Source: Myxococcales bacterium
GTDB lineage: Bacteria > Myxococcota_A > Polyangia > Polyangiales > JADJMO01
Direction of reading: 5' to 3'
Length of the DNA: 64,000 nucleotides
NCBI GenBank assembly: GCA_016709545.1
Contig: JADJMO010000007.1
Span: 94,009 to 158,008 of the forward strand
Program-made: the position numbers and the translations under genes
The notes under the pieces: model-generated
The model's database searches: none
Seen by the model: only the letters and a program-made list of their open reading frames with translations
What the model was told of the DNA's origin: nothing
Part shown: positions 1 through 9,875 of the stretch, piece after piece
How the letters are laid out: the number at the start of each line of letters is the position of its first letter
How positions within the stretch are numbered: the stretch's first letter is position 1

Positions 1-894
1 CACTGGAAGGAGATCGTCGACCAGACCGGCGGCAACGTGAGCGTCGGCTACCACCCGGTCGCGTGCCCCGTCACCGGCAACCTCAAGGCGTATTTCACGA
101 GCGGTTACCAGGCGGGCGATCGCTTCCGGCTCGTCGTCTACAACCACCGCATCGGCGTCGACGCCGTCGAGGTCAAGGGCTCGGCGAGCGGGGCTACCAA
201 GGGCGCGTGGGTGCCGCTCGTGCGCACCGTCGACAACTACTTCGACTGGACCGGTCGGGGCGACGCGGGCCTGCCGATCACCCTGCGCGTGAAGAGCACC
301 AAGGGTCAGTGGGTGGAGTTCGCCCCGCTCGACAAGCTCTCGGCGGACCTCAAGGTCGTGGCCACGGGGCAGTTCGACGACCCAGCGCTCGGCGGCGCCA
401 CCTGCGCGTGGCCGGGGCCGGAGGACTGGGTCTACAAGGACGCGCTCGGGGGAATCCAGGGCCTGCTGTGGCGCGACTGGGGCTCGTACGAGCTCCTCGA
501 CGGCGCCCCCGACTACGCGCACAAGGACGGCTGTCAGGCGGGCGCGGCGTGCATCCGCGTCGGCCGCATGAACGCGTGGGGCGCGATCCAGATCGGCTTC
601 CCCAACACCTTCGCGCCCTCGACCTACGCGGCGATCGAGTTCTGGGCGCGCACCGAGTCGGGCACCGCGCCCAAGCTGAAGTTCTACTTCAACGGCAAGG
701 ACGCGAGCGGCGCCGCGGCCACCGGCAAGATGGCCGACCTCGGCCCGGTCGACGCCACCTGGCGCAAGATCCGGATCGACCTCGCGCCGCTGGTCGGCAC
801 CGTCGACCGCGCCCAGGTGGTGCGGGTGTCCAACCAGTCGAACGACCCGACGCCCGCCGTGTTGCTGGACGAGATCCACCTCGTCCGCCCCTGA
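1..894 (+). CDS. 5'-partial expansin-like protein (D2 domain) fused to a C-terminal carbohydrate-binding-module-like beta-sandwich
   Basis: Frame open from base 1 (HWKEIVDQTGGNVSVGYHPVACPVTGN...). The VACPVTGN, LVVYNHRIGVDAVEV and W.PLVRTVDNYF segments follow the bacterial expansin EXLX1 pattern. The C-terminal WVYKD...AIEFWAR...WRKIRIDL...LLDEIHL segment resembles CBM11-like folds. Confidence 0.65.
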   Translation, partial: HWKEIVDQTGGNVSVGYHPVACPVTGNLKAYFTSGYQAGDRFRLVVYNHRIGVDAVEVKGSASGATKGAWVPLVRTVDNYFDWTGRGDAGLPITLRVKSTKGQWVEFAPLDKLSADLKVVATGQFDDPALGGATCAWPGPEDWVYKDALGGIQGLLWRDWGSYELLDGAPDYAHKDGCQAGAACIRVGRMNAWGAIQIGFPNTFAPSTYAAIEFWARTESGTAPKLKFYFNGKDASGAAATGKMADLGPVDATWRKIRIDLAPLVGTVDRAQVVRVSNQSNDPTPAVLLDEIHLVRP

Positions 895-897
895 GCC

Positions 898-1341
898 TCA
901 GGGCACGGACACCTTCGTGCGCAGCACGTCGGTCGGGCGCGGCGCGTGCGGGATCGTCACGATCACCTCGTACGGGCCGGGCACGACGCCCGTGATCTTC
1001 ATCGGCACGAAGCAGAACTGCGCGGCGGGCCCCGCGGGCTTGGCGGCCACGTCGAGCGTGGTCGGCGTGGCCGTCACCGTGGCCGTCAGCGGGAGCTGCG
1101 AATAGGAGCCGATGACCAGGCGCACGGCGCCGTCGGCGAACTTGGCGGTGACGCTGGGGGCGAGGGGGACGGTCATCACGACGTTGCAATCGGGGGCGCC
1201 GTCCGCGGAGATCGCGAGACCGACGGGCAAGGTCGCCGACGTCGAGGGGACGGACTCGGTGGGGCTGGTCCTCACGATGGCGCGCGGGTCCTCGCGCGTG
1301 CACGCGGGGGCGAACAGGAGGAGCCAGAACAGGCGCGCCAT
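898..1341 (-). CDS. hypothetical lipoprotein
   Basis: Within ORF 898..1404. ATG at 1341 gives signal peptide MARLFWLLLFAPAC with a lipobox-like Cys. Confidence 0.6.
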   Translation of the reverse strand: MARLFWLLLFAPACTREDPRAIVRTSPTESVPSTSATLPVGLAISADGAPDCNVVMTVPLAPSVTAKFADGAVRLVIGSYSQLPLTATVTATPTTLDVAAKPAGPAAQFCFVPMKITGVVPGPYEVIVTIPHAPRPTDVLRTKVSVP

Positions 1342-1468
1342 CGGCGCAGTATTGCACCAGCCCGCGAGGTCGGTGTGCGCTGGCTGCCACACCGCGCCCT
1401 CCACCGCGCCGCCTCTTCACGGGATTCGCGGCGTCGTTGCTGGCATCGAGCGTGCTACGGCTCGCTCC

Positions 1469-2068
1469 ATGACCCGAACCGCTGCCCTCGCCGCCGCGCT
1501 CGCCATGACGCTCGCCCCGGCACTGGCCGCCGCGCAGCAACAGGGCATGCTGCCGATCAAGATCACGGGCGACTCCCCCGCGATCCGTTACGAGGTCACG
1601 CGCGACCACGGCACCGAGTCCTACACCTGTCAGGCCCCGTGCACGCTCTGGGTCCCGGCCGGTCGCTACCGCGTGTCCGCGAGCGGTGAGGGAATCCCGA
1701 GCAAGCGCCAGCGCCTCGACGTGTACGGGCCCGCCGCCGTCGACGTGCAGGCGGGCTCGAGCAGCGGGCGCACGGGCGGCCTGGTCCTCGGGATCGCCGG
1801 CAGCGGCGCCGTGCTGATCGGGCTCGGCGGGCTCTTCGCCCAGTGCGCCGGCGAGTGCCGCATGGAGAACGTGAACCGGACGCCCTGGCTCGTCCTCGGC
1901 GGGGTGGGGGTCGTCGGGGCGTTGATCGGCTGGCCATTGTTCGTGGCGAACGGCACCTCGATGACCGTGCAGGAGAGCCGCCCGGTGAGCAAGGTCGAGA
2001 GCCTCCGCGTCGCCGTCCTCCCCACCCCCGGTGGTGGCCTCTCCTTCGCCGCGACGGGCACGTTCTAG
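1469..2068 (+). CDS. secreted/membrane hypothetical protein with PEGA-like N-terminal domain and two C-terminal TM helices
   Basis: ATG 1469 gives signal MTRTAALAAALAMTLAPALAAA. CQAPCTLWVPAGRYRV is PEGA-like. Hydrophobic GLVLGIAGSGAVLIGLGG and WLVLGGVGVVGALIGWPLFV follow. Confidence 0.65.
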   Translation: MTRTAALAAALAMTLAPALAAAQQQGMLPIKITGDSPAIRYEVTRDHGTESYTCQAPCTLWVPAGRYRVSASGEGIPSKRQRLDVYGPAAVDVQAGSSSGRTGGLVLGIAGSGAVLIGLGGLFAQCAGECRMENVNRTPWLVLGGVGVVGALIGWPLFVANGTSMTVQESRPVSKVESLRVAVLPTPGGGLSFAATGTF

Positions 2069-2511
2069 TCGCACGACATCGCGTAGCTCGCGACCATCGC
2101 GCTCACGCACACCGAGCCGATGACCCCGCCCGCGAAGATCTTGCAGCACCTCGGGTTCGCCGGGTCCGTCGCGCAGTCCGCGGCGTTGCGGCACACCTTC
2201 ACCTGGCCCGGGCTCGGGCAGGTGAGCGGGATCTGCGTCGGGCAGTCGGCGCGGCACCTGGTGCTGGCCTTGTCCATCGGGCAGCTCGGCAGCGAGCCCG
2301 CGCCGAGCTCGAACGTCGCGCAGCAGTAGGGTGCCGTGGAGTCGCAGTGACTCGGGTTCGCGCACGTGAACGAGCCGGTGTCCGTCGTCGCCTTCCCGGT
2401 GTCGACGACGTCGGTGGGGTGGTCGGTCTTCGCGTCTTCGGTGCCGGCGACGCCGAAGTCGTTCGAGGAGCAGCCGAGGGCGAAGGTGACGAGGAGCGTG
2501 GTTCGGATCAT
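2065..2511 (-). CDS. Cys-rich small lipoprotein
   Basis: ATG 2511 preceded by GAGGAAG. Lipobox ALGC, D/T-rich linker, then 14 further Cys. Confidence 0.7.
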   Translation of the reverse strand: MIRTTLLVTFALGCSSNDFGVAGTEDAKTDHPTDVVDTGKATTDTGSFTCANPSHCDSTAPYCCATFELGAGSLPSCPMDKASTRCRADCPTQIPLTCPSPGQVKVCRNAADCATDPANPRCCKIFAGGVIGSVCVSAMVASYAMSCD

Positions 2512-2597
2512 CGCTTCCTCTGTTGCCGCTCGTCGGGCGGACAGCGTGACAATTGTCAACGACCGAAGTGGCGCGGGCCCGGGTAAGCTCCGCGGCC

Positions 2598-4379
2598 ATG
2601 CGCGACTTCCGCGGAGACACCATCTACTTCGTCGTCGTCGATCGGTTCCACGACGGCAACCCGGCCAACGATCAAGGCAAGGATCGCCGGGACTTCGACC
2701 CGACCCGCACCGACTTCTACAAGTACTGGGGCGGCGACCTGCGTGGGGTGCTGCAGAAGCTCGACTACGTGCAGAAGCTCGGAGCGAGCGCGATCTGGCT
2801 GACCCCGGTGTTCGAGCAGATCGACCAGGTGCTCGAGCTCGGCGGAGCGGGCATGACCGCCTATCACGGTTACTGGACCAAGGACTTCAAGCGGCTCGAC
2901 CCCCACCTCGTCGATCGCCCCGAGGACGTGCGGGTGATGAGCCGCAGCGACACCGTGTTCGACGAGCTGCTCGCCGAGATGCACCGGCGCGGCATGCGCC
3001 TCGTCCTCGACATCGTCTGCAACCACAGCAACCCCCACGTGCCCGGCGCGAGCTGCGAGCTCTGGGACGACGGCGTGCTGCTCTGCCGCTTCGACCAGGA
3101 CCGCGGCGACTGGTTCCACCACGTCGGTGAGGTGCGCGACTGGAACGATCTCTCCAACGTGCAGGTGAGCGACCTCTGCGGGCTCGCCGACTTCAACGAG
3201 GAGTCGTTCGCTTACCGCGCGTACATCAAGGGCGCGATGAAGCAGTGGTTGAGCAAGGGGGTCGACGCCTTCCGGGTCGACACCGTCAAGCACATGCCCA
3301 TCTGGTTCTGGCAGGAGTTCACCGGCGACATGGCGGTGCACAAGCCGGACACGTTCATGTTCGGCGAGTGGTTCCAGGGCGGCTGCTACGACCCGGCGTC
3401 CATCGAGTTCGCCAACAAGTCGGGCATGTCGATCCTCGACTTCGCGTGGCGCAACGCCGTCGTCTCGGTGCTGGCCCACCGGTCGCCCGTGGGCTTCCCC
3501 GAGATAGAGGCGGTGGTCCGGCGCGACCACCAGTTCCGCGACGCGACCGATCTGGTCACCTTCGTCGACAACCACGACCTGCCGCGGTTCCTCTCGATCT
3601 CCGACGACCCGGCGCGCTTCCGGCTCGCGCTCCTGCTCACCATGGTCGCGCGCGGCGTGCCCTGCATCTATTACGGCGGCGAGCAGCTGCTCCACGTCGA
3701 CGTCAACGGCGGCAACGATCCCTACAACCGGCCGATGATGGCGTCGTTCGAGGAGACGCCGCTCATGGTCGACCTCGCCGCGCTCGCCGCGCTCCGCAAG
3801 CGTTCGCCCGCGGTGCAGCGCGCCGGGATGCGCACGCGCTGGATCGACGCCGACCGCTGGGTGTTCAGCCGCCCGTACCGCGGCTCGGCGATCGTGGTCG
3901 CGGTCAACCGCAGCGACGTCGCGAGCGGGTGCGACGTCGAGCACCTCGAGCTGGAGGACGGCGTGCACGAAGACGTGCTCGGCGGCGGTTCGCTCTCGGT
4001 CCGCGACGGCCGCGCGCACCTCGAGCTGCCCCCGCGCTCGATCGCCGTCTACGAGCAGACCCGTCCGCTGCCGACCGGGACCGCCGTCGTCGAGCTCCAG
4101 GTGCACGGCTTCCGCACCGCGTACGGCGAGCGCGTGTTCGTGTCCGGAGACGCCCCGGAGCTCGGGGCCTGGGACCTCGAGAAGGCGGTCTCGATGGACT
4201 GGATCGACGAGACCACCTGGGCGACCACCGTGGCCTTCGACGCCTCCGCGGGGCGCGAGATCCACTACAAGTTCGTCGTGCGCCGGGAGCGAGGGTTCCA
4301 GCGCGAGACCGGCCCCGGCCACCACCGGCACCTGCCGAGCGAGGGCAGCGCGACCTTCCGCGATCTGTGGCGCACCTGA
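2598..4379 (+). CDS. GH13 alpha-amylase / cyclomaltodextrin glucanotransferase-like enzyme with C-terminal CBM20
   Basis: DTIYFVVVDRFHDGN, YHGYW, catalytic regions DAFRVDTVKH, FGEWF and FVDNHD. C-terminal TAYGERVFVSGDAPELGAWD...YKFV is a CBM20 pattern. No signal peptide. Confidence 0.9.
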   Translation: MRDFRGDTIYFVVVDRFHDGNPANDQGKDRRDFDPTRTDFYKYWGGDLRGVLQKLDYVQKLGASAIWLTPVFEQIDQVLELGGAGMTAYHGYWTKDFKRLDPHLVDRPEDVRVMSRSDTVFDELLAEMHRRGMRLVLDIVCNHSNPHVPGASCELWDDGVLLCRFDQDRGDWFHHVGEVRDWNDLSNVQVSDLCGLADFNEESFAYRAYIKGAMKQWLSKGVDAFRVDTVKHMPIWFWQEFTGDMAVHKPDTFMFGEWFQGGCYDPASIEFANKSGMSILDFAWRNAVVSVLAHRSPVGFPEIEAVVRRDHQFRDATDLVTFVDNHDLPRFLSISDDPARFRLALLLTMVARGVPCIYYGGEQLLHVDVNGGNDPYNRPMMASFEETPLMVDLAALAALRKRSPAVQRAGMRTRWIDADRWVFSRPYRGSAIVVAVNRSDVASGCDVEHLELEDGVHEDVLGGGSLSVRDGRAHLELPPRSIAVYEQTRPLPTGTAVVELQVHGFRTAYGERVFVSGDAPELGAWDLEKAVSMDWIDETTWATTVAFDASAGREIHYKFVVRRERGFQRETGPGHHRHLPSEGSATFRDLWRT

Positions 4380-4380
4380 T

Positions 4381-5973
4381 CTAGGGGTGGATCCAGATCG
4401 GTGTGCCGGTCGCCATCGGCCGCGCGAACGCGCCGTGCCAGGTCTCGGGCACGTCGGGCCCCGTCCAGGCGAAGAACCACGCCGCGTCGATCTCGGCGAG
4501 GTTGATGCAGCCGTGGCTGCGCGGCTCGCCGAAGCCGTCGTGCCAGTAGGCGCCGTGGAGGGCGTAGCCGGTCTCGAAGTACATCACGTAGGGCACGTCG
4601 CGCAGGCTGAACGCCTCGCCGACCTCGTCGCTGTCCATCGTCGCCGTCACGTGCTTGGTGTGGATGCGGTAGACGCCGCGGATGGTCGCGTGCGAGCTCT
4701 CCGGGTCGCCGAGGCCGTCGCGGCCGGTGCTCACCAGCGACACGTAGACCGGCTTGTCGCCGTCGAACGCGATGATCGACTGCCGCGCGATCGAGACGTC
4801 GATCCACTTCTCGCCCTTGGCGGCGAACGCGGGGAGGCTCTTCGGCGGCTCGACCTTGATCACGTTGTCGGCCTTGACCCACGCGCCGTCGGTCGTGCCG
4901 AGGTAGAGCGCGCCGTCGATGTGCTTGGTCGCCGCGGTGATCGGCACCGCGGTGCGCGAGGGCAGGGTCTCCTGCGGCTTGCTGCCGTCGGCCCACACCT
5001 TGGCGGCCTTGTACCGGTTCTTCACGAACGCGACCGGCAGCGTCGTGGTCGCGTCGAGGGGGATCCCGTGGAACGTCGACGGCCGCACCTCGCGCAGGCG
5101 GTCGTGGGGCAGGAGCAGGTAGTCGGTCGTGAGGTCGAACCGTCGATCGTCGGGCCCGCCGGTCGGCGTCGTGCCCCCGGGCCCGGACCAGAAGGAAGCG
5201 ACGATGGCGAAGCCCTCCTTGGTCTTGGGGCGCCCCGCCCACAGCGCCTTGCCCGACTTGACGAGGCCGCTCACGTTGGGGACCCCCTTGCCGTCGCGGA
5301 GGAAGTCGGGCGGACCGTCGTTCCACACGGGGATCACGCCACCGTCGCTCGTGACCGACGCGTCGTATTCGGGGCCGGCGTCGCTCGGCTGGGGCTTGCT
5401 CACCCACTTCCAGTGCGTGTCCAGGTCGGCCTCGAGCTTCATCGACTCGGCCTTGGTGGGCACGCGCGCGTAGAACGGCGAGAGCGTGTTCTTGGCGATG
5501 GCGTAGGCGTAGGGCAGCGGCGCCTTGCGGTCGGGCCGACGGGTCGCGTACTTGACGATCGGATCGTCGAGGTCGAGGGTCGCGTGGTCGCCGACGCACA
5601 CGTAGCCCTTGGGCTTGATCGCGTACCAGCCGCCCTTGCAACCGGCGTCGCCCTCGGGCTTGTCCTCGCGCTCCACCACTGCGCCCGCGCGCAGGTAGCC
5701 GAGCTTGAGTGCGCCCGGCTTGGGCTCCGTGAACACCGGCGTGATCTGCGCACGGGCGCCGAGGAGGTGCTTCGGCGCGACGAGTGCGACCTCCGCCTCG
5801 GCCACGTCGGCCTCGACCGCCACCTCGGCCAGGGTCTCGGCGACCGCCGCCTCGGGCACGGCGACCGCGGTCCCCGCCTCCTCACCCGGCGGCTTGCCCC
5901 GCCCACACGTGACCGCCGCGAGCAGCACGAACGGCGCGAAGATCACCAGAGGCCGGCGGGCGGAACGCTGCAA
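4381..5973 (-). CDS. L,D-transpeptidase (YkuD family), exported
   Basis: C-terminal WIDVSIARQ..., VSTG, YALHGAYWHDGFGEPRSHGCINL (HxxxxH...SHGC). Probable TTG start at 5973 before the hydrophobic segment LVIFAPFVLLAAVTC. Start uncertain. Confidence 0.85.
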   Translation of the reverse strand: MQRSARRPLVIFAPFVLLAAVTCGRGKPPGEEAGTAVAVPEAAVAETLAEVAVEADVAEAEVALVAPKHLLGARAQITPVFTEPKPGALKLGYLRAGAVVEREDKPEGDAGCKGGWYAIKPKGYVCVGDHATLDLDDPIVKYATRRPDRKAPLPYAYAIAKNTLSPFYARVPTKAESMKLEADLDTHWKWVSKPQPSDAGPEYDASVTSDGGVIPVWNDGPPDFLRDGKGVPNVSGLVKSGKALWAGRPKTKEGFAIVASFWSGPGGTTPTGGPDDRRFDLTTDYLLLPHDRLREVRPSTFHGIPLDATTTLPVAFVKNRYKAAKVWADGSKPQETLPSRTAVPITAATKHIDGALYLGTTDGAWVKADNVIKVEPPKSLPAFAAKGEKWIDVSIARQSIIAFDGDKPVYVSLVSTGRDGLGDPESSHATIRGVYRIHTKHVTATMDSDEVGEAFSLRDVPYVMYFETGYALHGAYWHDGFGEPRSHGCINLAEIDAAWFFAWTGPDVPETWHGAFARPMATGTPIWIHP

Positions 5974-6217
5974 ACGGATCCCCGGTGCCCCGGGCTGGGA
6001 TGTCACGGCCGTGGGACTACTCCTCCGCCGGAGCGAAGCAACTGCTTCTAGATCGTGCGCCGTGAATCCACGGGTTCCGACGCCGACGGAGTCGACTGGC
6101 CCAGGAGGCCTCCATGGAGTATTAACGCCAGATCCTTGCCCAGCGTTCGCCGAGTCGTCACCTGCTCCGGCAGGGTGTGACCGAGCGGCGGAGGGCGCTG
6201 TCTTCCTGGAGGTCGCT

Positions 6218-7462
6218 GTGAAGTCACTCGTGTTCGGTCGCCTGCTGCCCTCGTCCCTCCTGTTCGTTGCGGCGGGGAGCCTCGCATTCGGCTGCGCGGC
6301 CGCGCCCGACAAGGGCGGCACCGTGTTCCTCGACGGAGGCACCGACGCGGCGAGCGAAGGGGGCTTCGAGCCCGACACCGGCGGCGGCTTCGGCCTCGAC
6401 GGCGCGCCCGAGACGGCCCTCGACCCCGAGAAGGACAACGACGGCGACGGCTTCCTCTTCAAGGACGACTGCAACGACGGCAACCCCGAGATCAACCCGG
6501 GCGCCTACGAGTTCCCCGGCGACGGCGTCGACAACGACTGCGACGGCAAGGTCGACAACGCCGAGCCCGACTGCGACACCGCGGCCCTCAAGTACGACAG
6601 CAAAGACGCCACCGACTTCGCGCGCGCCCTCGGCATCTGCCGCGCCGCCAAGGCCGACGCGACCGGCAAGGACAAGGGCTGGGGCCTCGTCTCGGCCAAG
6701 CTGGTGCGCGCCGACGGCAAGAGCGCGCTCGACTCGATCCAGTACGGCATCCTCAAGAAGTTCGGCGCCTACGTGAACCCGCGCCAGGGCAAGAACTTCG
6801 CGGTGCTCTCGAGCGGCACGGCCCGCACGCCCGACTACCCGGGCTTCATCACGCCGATCATGCCCTCCTACGAGTCGCTGTCCGAGGTCACGCCGCCCGC
6901 CGGGTGGCCCAAGAACAGCGCGGGCTGCCCCGAGCCGTTCGACAAGACCGCCAACGACAGCGCGAGCCTCGAGCTCGAGATCCGCGTGCCCACCAACGCC
7001 AAGGGCCTCGCGTTCGACTTCAACTTCTACTCGAGCGAGTACATCACCTTCGTGTGCTCGGAGTTCAACGACAGCTTCGTCGCGCTGCTCGACACCAAGG
7101 CCCCGATCGACCCCAAGTACTCGAAGAACGTCTCCTTCGACAGCAAGGGCAACCCGATCAACGTCAACAGCGGGTTCTTCGAGGTGTGCACGCCGGGCAC
7201 CAAGGGCGCCAAGACCTTCCCCTGCGCCAAGGGCACCAAGGAGCTCGAGGGCACCGGGTTCCAGGACAGCTTCGAGCCCACCGAGAACGGCGCCACCTCG
7301 TGGCTCGAGACCAAGGCGCCGGTCATCCCGGGCGAGACCATCAAGCTGCGCTTTATCGTCTGGGACACCGGCGACCACATCCTCGACTCGACGGTCCTCG
7401 TCGACAACTTCCGCTGGGACGTGAAGGGCACCGTGGGCCCGGTCACCGAGCGCCCGAAGTGA
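6218..7462 (+). CDS. lipoprotein with MopE-like putative metal-binding repeat and choice-of-anchor-L-like domain (paralogue 1)
   Basis: GGAGG RBS then GTG 6218. Lipobox AFGC. DNDGDG..DDCNDGNPEINPGAYE..DGVDNDCDG motif. LSSG...FDFNFYSSEY..FVCSEFNDSFVALL...DHILDSTVLVDNF. Confidence 0.75.
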   Translation: MKSLVFGRLLPSSLLFVAAGSLAFGCAAAPDKGGTVFLDGGTDAASEGGFEPDTGGGFGLDGAPETALDPEKDNDGDGFLFKDDCNDGNPEINPGAYEFPGDGVDNDCDGKVDNAEPDCDTAALKYDSKDATDFARALGICRAAKADATGKDKGWGLVSAKLVRADGKSALDSIQYGILKKFGAYVNPRQGKNFAVLSSGTARTPDYPGFITPIMPSYESLSEVTPPAGWPKNSAGCPEPFDKTANDSASLELEIRVPTNAKGLAFDFNFYSSEYITFVCSEFNDSFVALLDTKAPIDPKYSKNVSFDSKGNPINVNSGFFEVCTPGTKGAKTFPCAKGTKELEGTGFQDSFEPTENGATSWLETKAPVIPGETIKLRFIVWDTGDHILDSTVLVDNFRWDVKGTVGPVTERPK

Positions 7463-7511
7463 ACCGCTGATCCATCCGCTCTCCCTCGTTCGTTTCCAAG
7501 GAGTCGTCTCG

Positions 7512-8762
7512 ATGCTGCGCTCGACCTCACTGCCGCTGGTCTCTCTCGCCGTCCTCGCTGCCCTCGCGGGCTGCGCGGCCTCCACCGACAAGGGGACGCC
7601 CGGCGTCCTCGGAGGCGACACCGGCGTGGCCGAAGGTGGCGAGGACGAGTCCGGGTTCCAGCCCGACTCCGCCGACCTCGGCGACGTCGACCTCGACGGC
7701 GGCCTCGACCCCGAGAAGGACAACGACGGCGACGGCTACCTGTTCAAGGACGACTGCAACGACGGCAACAAGGAGGTCAACCCGGGCGCCTACGAGGTGC
7801 CGGGCGACGGCGTCGACAACGACTGCAACGGCAAGACCGACGAGGTGGACGACTGCGACACCTCGACCGACCTCAACCTCTACAAGTCCACCATCCCGAA
7901 CGACTTCGCCAAGGCGCTCGGCCTCTGCCGCACCGCCAAGGCCGGCACCGAGGGCAAGGACAAGACGTGGGGCGTGATCGACGCCAAGCTCGTGCGCGCC
8001 GACGGCTCGGCGATCGACGCGGCGAGCCAGGTCCAGTTCGGCATCCTGCGCAACTTCGGCCCCACGGTGAAGCCCCGCGCCGGCAAGAACATGGTCGTCA
8101 TCTCGAGCGGCACGGCGCGCACGCCCGACTACCCCGGCCAGGTCATGCCGCGCTCGCCGTCGTACTCGTCGCTCAGCGCGGTCGCCTTCCCCGCGGGGCA
8201 CCCGCTCAAGAGCGACTGCGGCTCCGGTGGCTTCGGCGCCGCCACCGCCAACGACAGCGTGAACCTGAAGCTCAAGATCCGCGTCCCCACCAACGCGAAC
8301 GCCTTCTCGTTCGACTTCGACTTCTTCTCCTCCGAGTACATCACCTTCGTGTGCTCGAGCTACAACGACTCGTTCGTCGCGCTGCTCGACACCGCCGTGA
8401 AGCTCGACCCCAAGTTCGCCAAGAACGTCTCGTTCGACAGCAAGGGCAACCCGGTCAGCGTGAACAACGGCTTCTTCGAGGTGTGCACGCCGGGCACCTC
8501 GTTCACGGGCGGCAAGACCTTCCCCTGCAGCAAGGGCACCAAGGAGCTCGAGGGCACCGGCTTCTGGGACACCGATCCGAAGCAGAACGGCTCCACGTCG
8601 TGGCTGCAGACCAAGGCCCCCGTCAAGCCCGGCGAGGAGATCACGCTCCAGTTCATGATCTGGGACGCGGGCGATCACATCCTCGACTCGACGGTGCTCA
8701 TCGACAACTTCAAGTGGGACGCCAAGCCCACCACCGGCCCGGTCACCGACCGCCCGAAGTGA
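7512..8762 (+). CDS. lipoprotein with MopE-like repeat and choice-of-anchor-L-like domain (paralogue 2)
   Basis: AAGGAG RBS, lipobox LAGC. Same motifs, collinear with 6218..7462, both ending GPVT[ED]RPK. Confidence 0.8.
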   Translation: MLRSTSLPLVSLAVLAALAGCAASTDKGTPGVLGGDTGVAEGGEDESGFQPDSADLGDVDLDGGLDPEKDNDGDGYLFKDDCNDGNKEVNPGAYEVPGDGVDNDCNGKTDEVDDCDTSTDLNLYKSTIPNDFAKALGLCRTAKAGTEGKDKTWGVIDAKLVRADGSAIDAASQVQFGILRNFGPTVKPRAGKNMVVISSGTARTPDYPGQVMPRSPSYSSLSAVAFPAGHPLKSDCGSGGFGAATANDSVNLKLKIRVPTNANAFSFDFDFFSSEYITFVCSSYNDSFVALLDTAVKLDPKFAKNVSFDSKGNPVSVNNGFFEVCTPGTSFTGGKTFPCSKGTKELEGTGFWDTDPKQNGSTSWLQTKAPVKPGEEITLQFMIWDAGDHILDSTVLIDNFKWDAKPTTGPVTDRPK

Positions 8763-8763
8763 C

Positions 8764-9273
8764 GTGAAGAAGGCGCCTGCGCAGGCGTTCGTCGATGGGG
8801 TGCTCACGATCGAGGGCGAGCCCCTCGTCGAGGTGCGTCGTTCGTCCATCCACGGGCGAGGCGTGTTCGCGCGGCGCACGATCGCGGCGGGCACGCCGAT
8901 CCTCGAGTACCTCGGCGAGCGCATCGACGACGCCGAGGCCCGCGTCCGCTACGCCGAGACCTCCGGCAAGAAGGTCACCTACCTGCTCCGCGTCGACGCG
9001 CGCACCAGCATCGACGGCGCCGTCGGCGGCAGCGCGGCGCGGTTCGTCAACCACGGGTGCCTCCCGAGCTGCGAGCTCCTCCTGCACAAGAAGCGGGTGT
9101 TCCTGATCACGCGCCGGCGCGTACGGCCCGAGGAGGAGCTCACGTTCGACTACCACCTCGTGGTGCGTGGCGACGTCGACCTCGAGACCGCGCGCAAGGC
9201 GGCGCCGTGCAAGTGCGGCGCGCGGCGCTGCCGCGGCACGATGCTGAACGACGATCGTCCCGTGCGGCGGTAG
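8764..9273 (+). CDS. SET-domain protein-lysine methyltransferase with post-SET Cys motif
   Basis: SSIHGRGVFA, ILEYLGE, ARFVNHGC.P.C, EELTFDY and post-SET CKCGARRCRG. Confidence 0.9.
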   Translation: MKKAPAQAFVDGVLTIEGEPLVEVRRSSIHGRGVFARRTIAAGTPILEYLGERIDDAEARVRYAETSGKKVTYLLRVDARTSIDGAVGGSAARFVNHGCLPSCELLLHKKRVFLITRRRVRPEEELTFDYHLVVRGDVDLETARKAAPCKCGARRCRGTMLNDDRPVRR

Positions 9274-9278
9274 GCGCG

Positions 9279-9839
<561 letters not shown>

Positions 9840-9848
9840 TCGTACTCC

Positions 9849-9869
9849 ACAGTAACACGGTGCTAGGCT
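9849..9869. promoter_or_regulatory. back-to-back extended -10 elements of a divergent promoter
   Basis: TG-C-TAGGCT on + (9861-9869), 6 nt before the ccmE ATG. TG-T-TACTGT on - (9857-9849), 9 nt before ATG 9839. Confidence 0.45.
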
Positions 9870-9875
9870 TCCACC

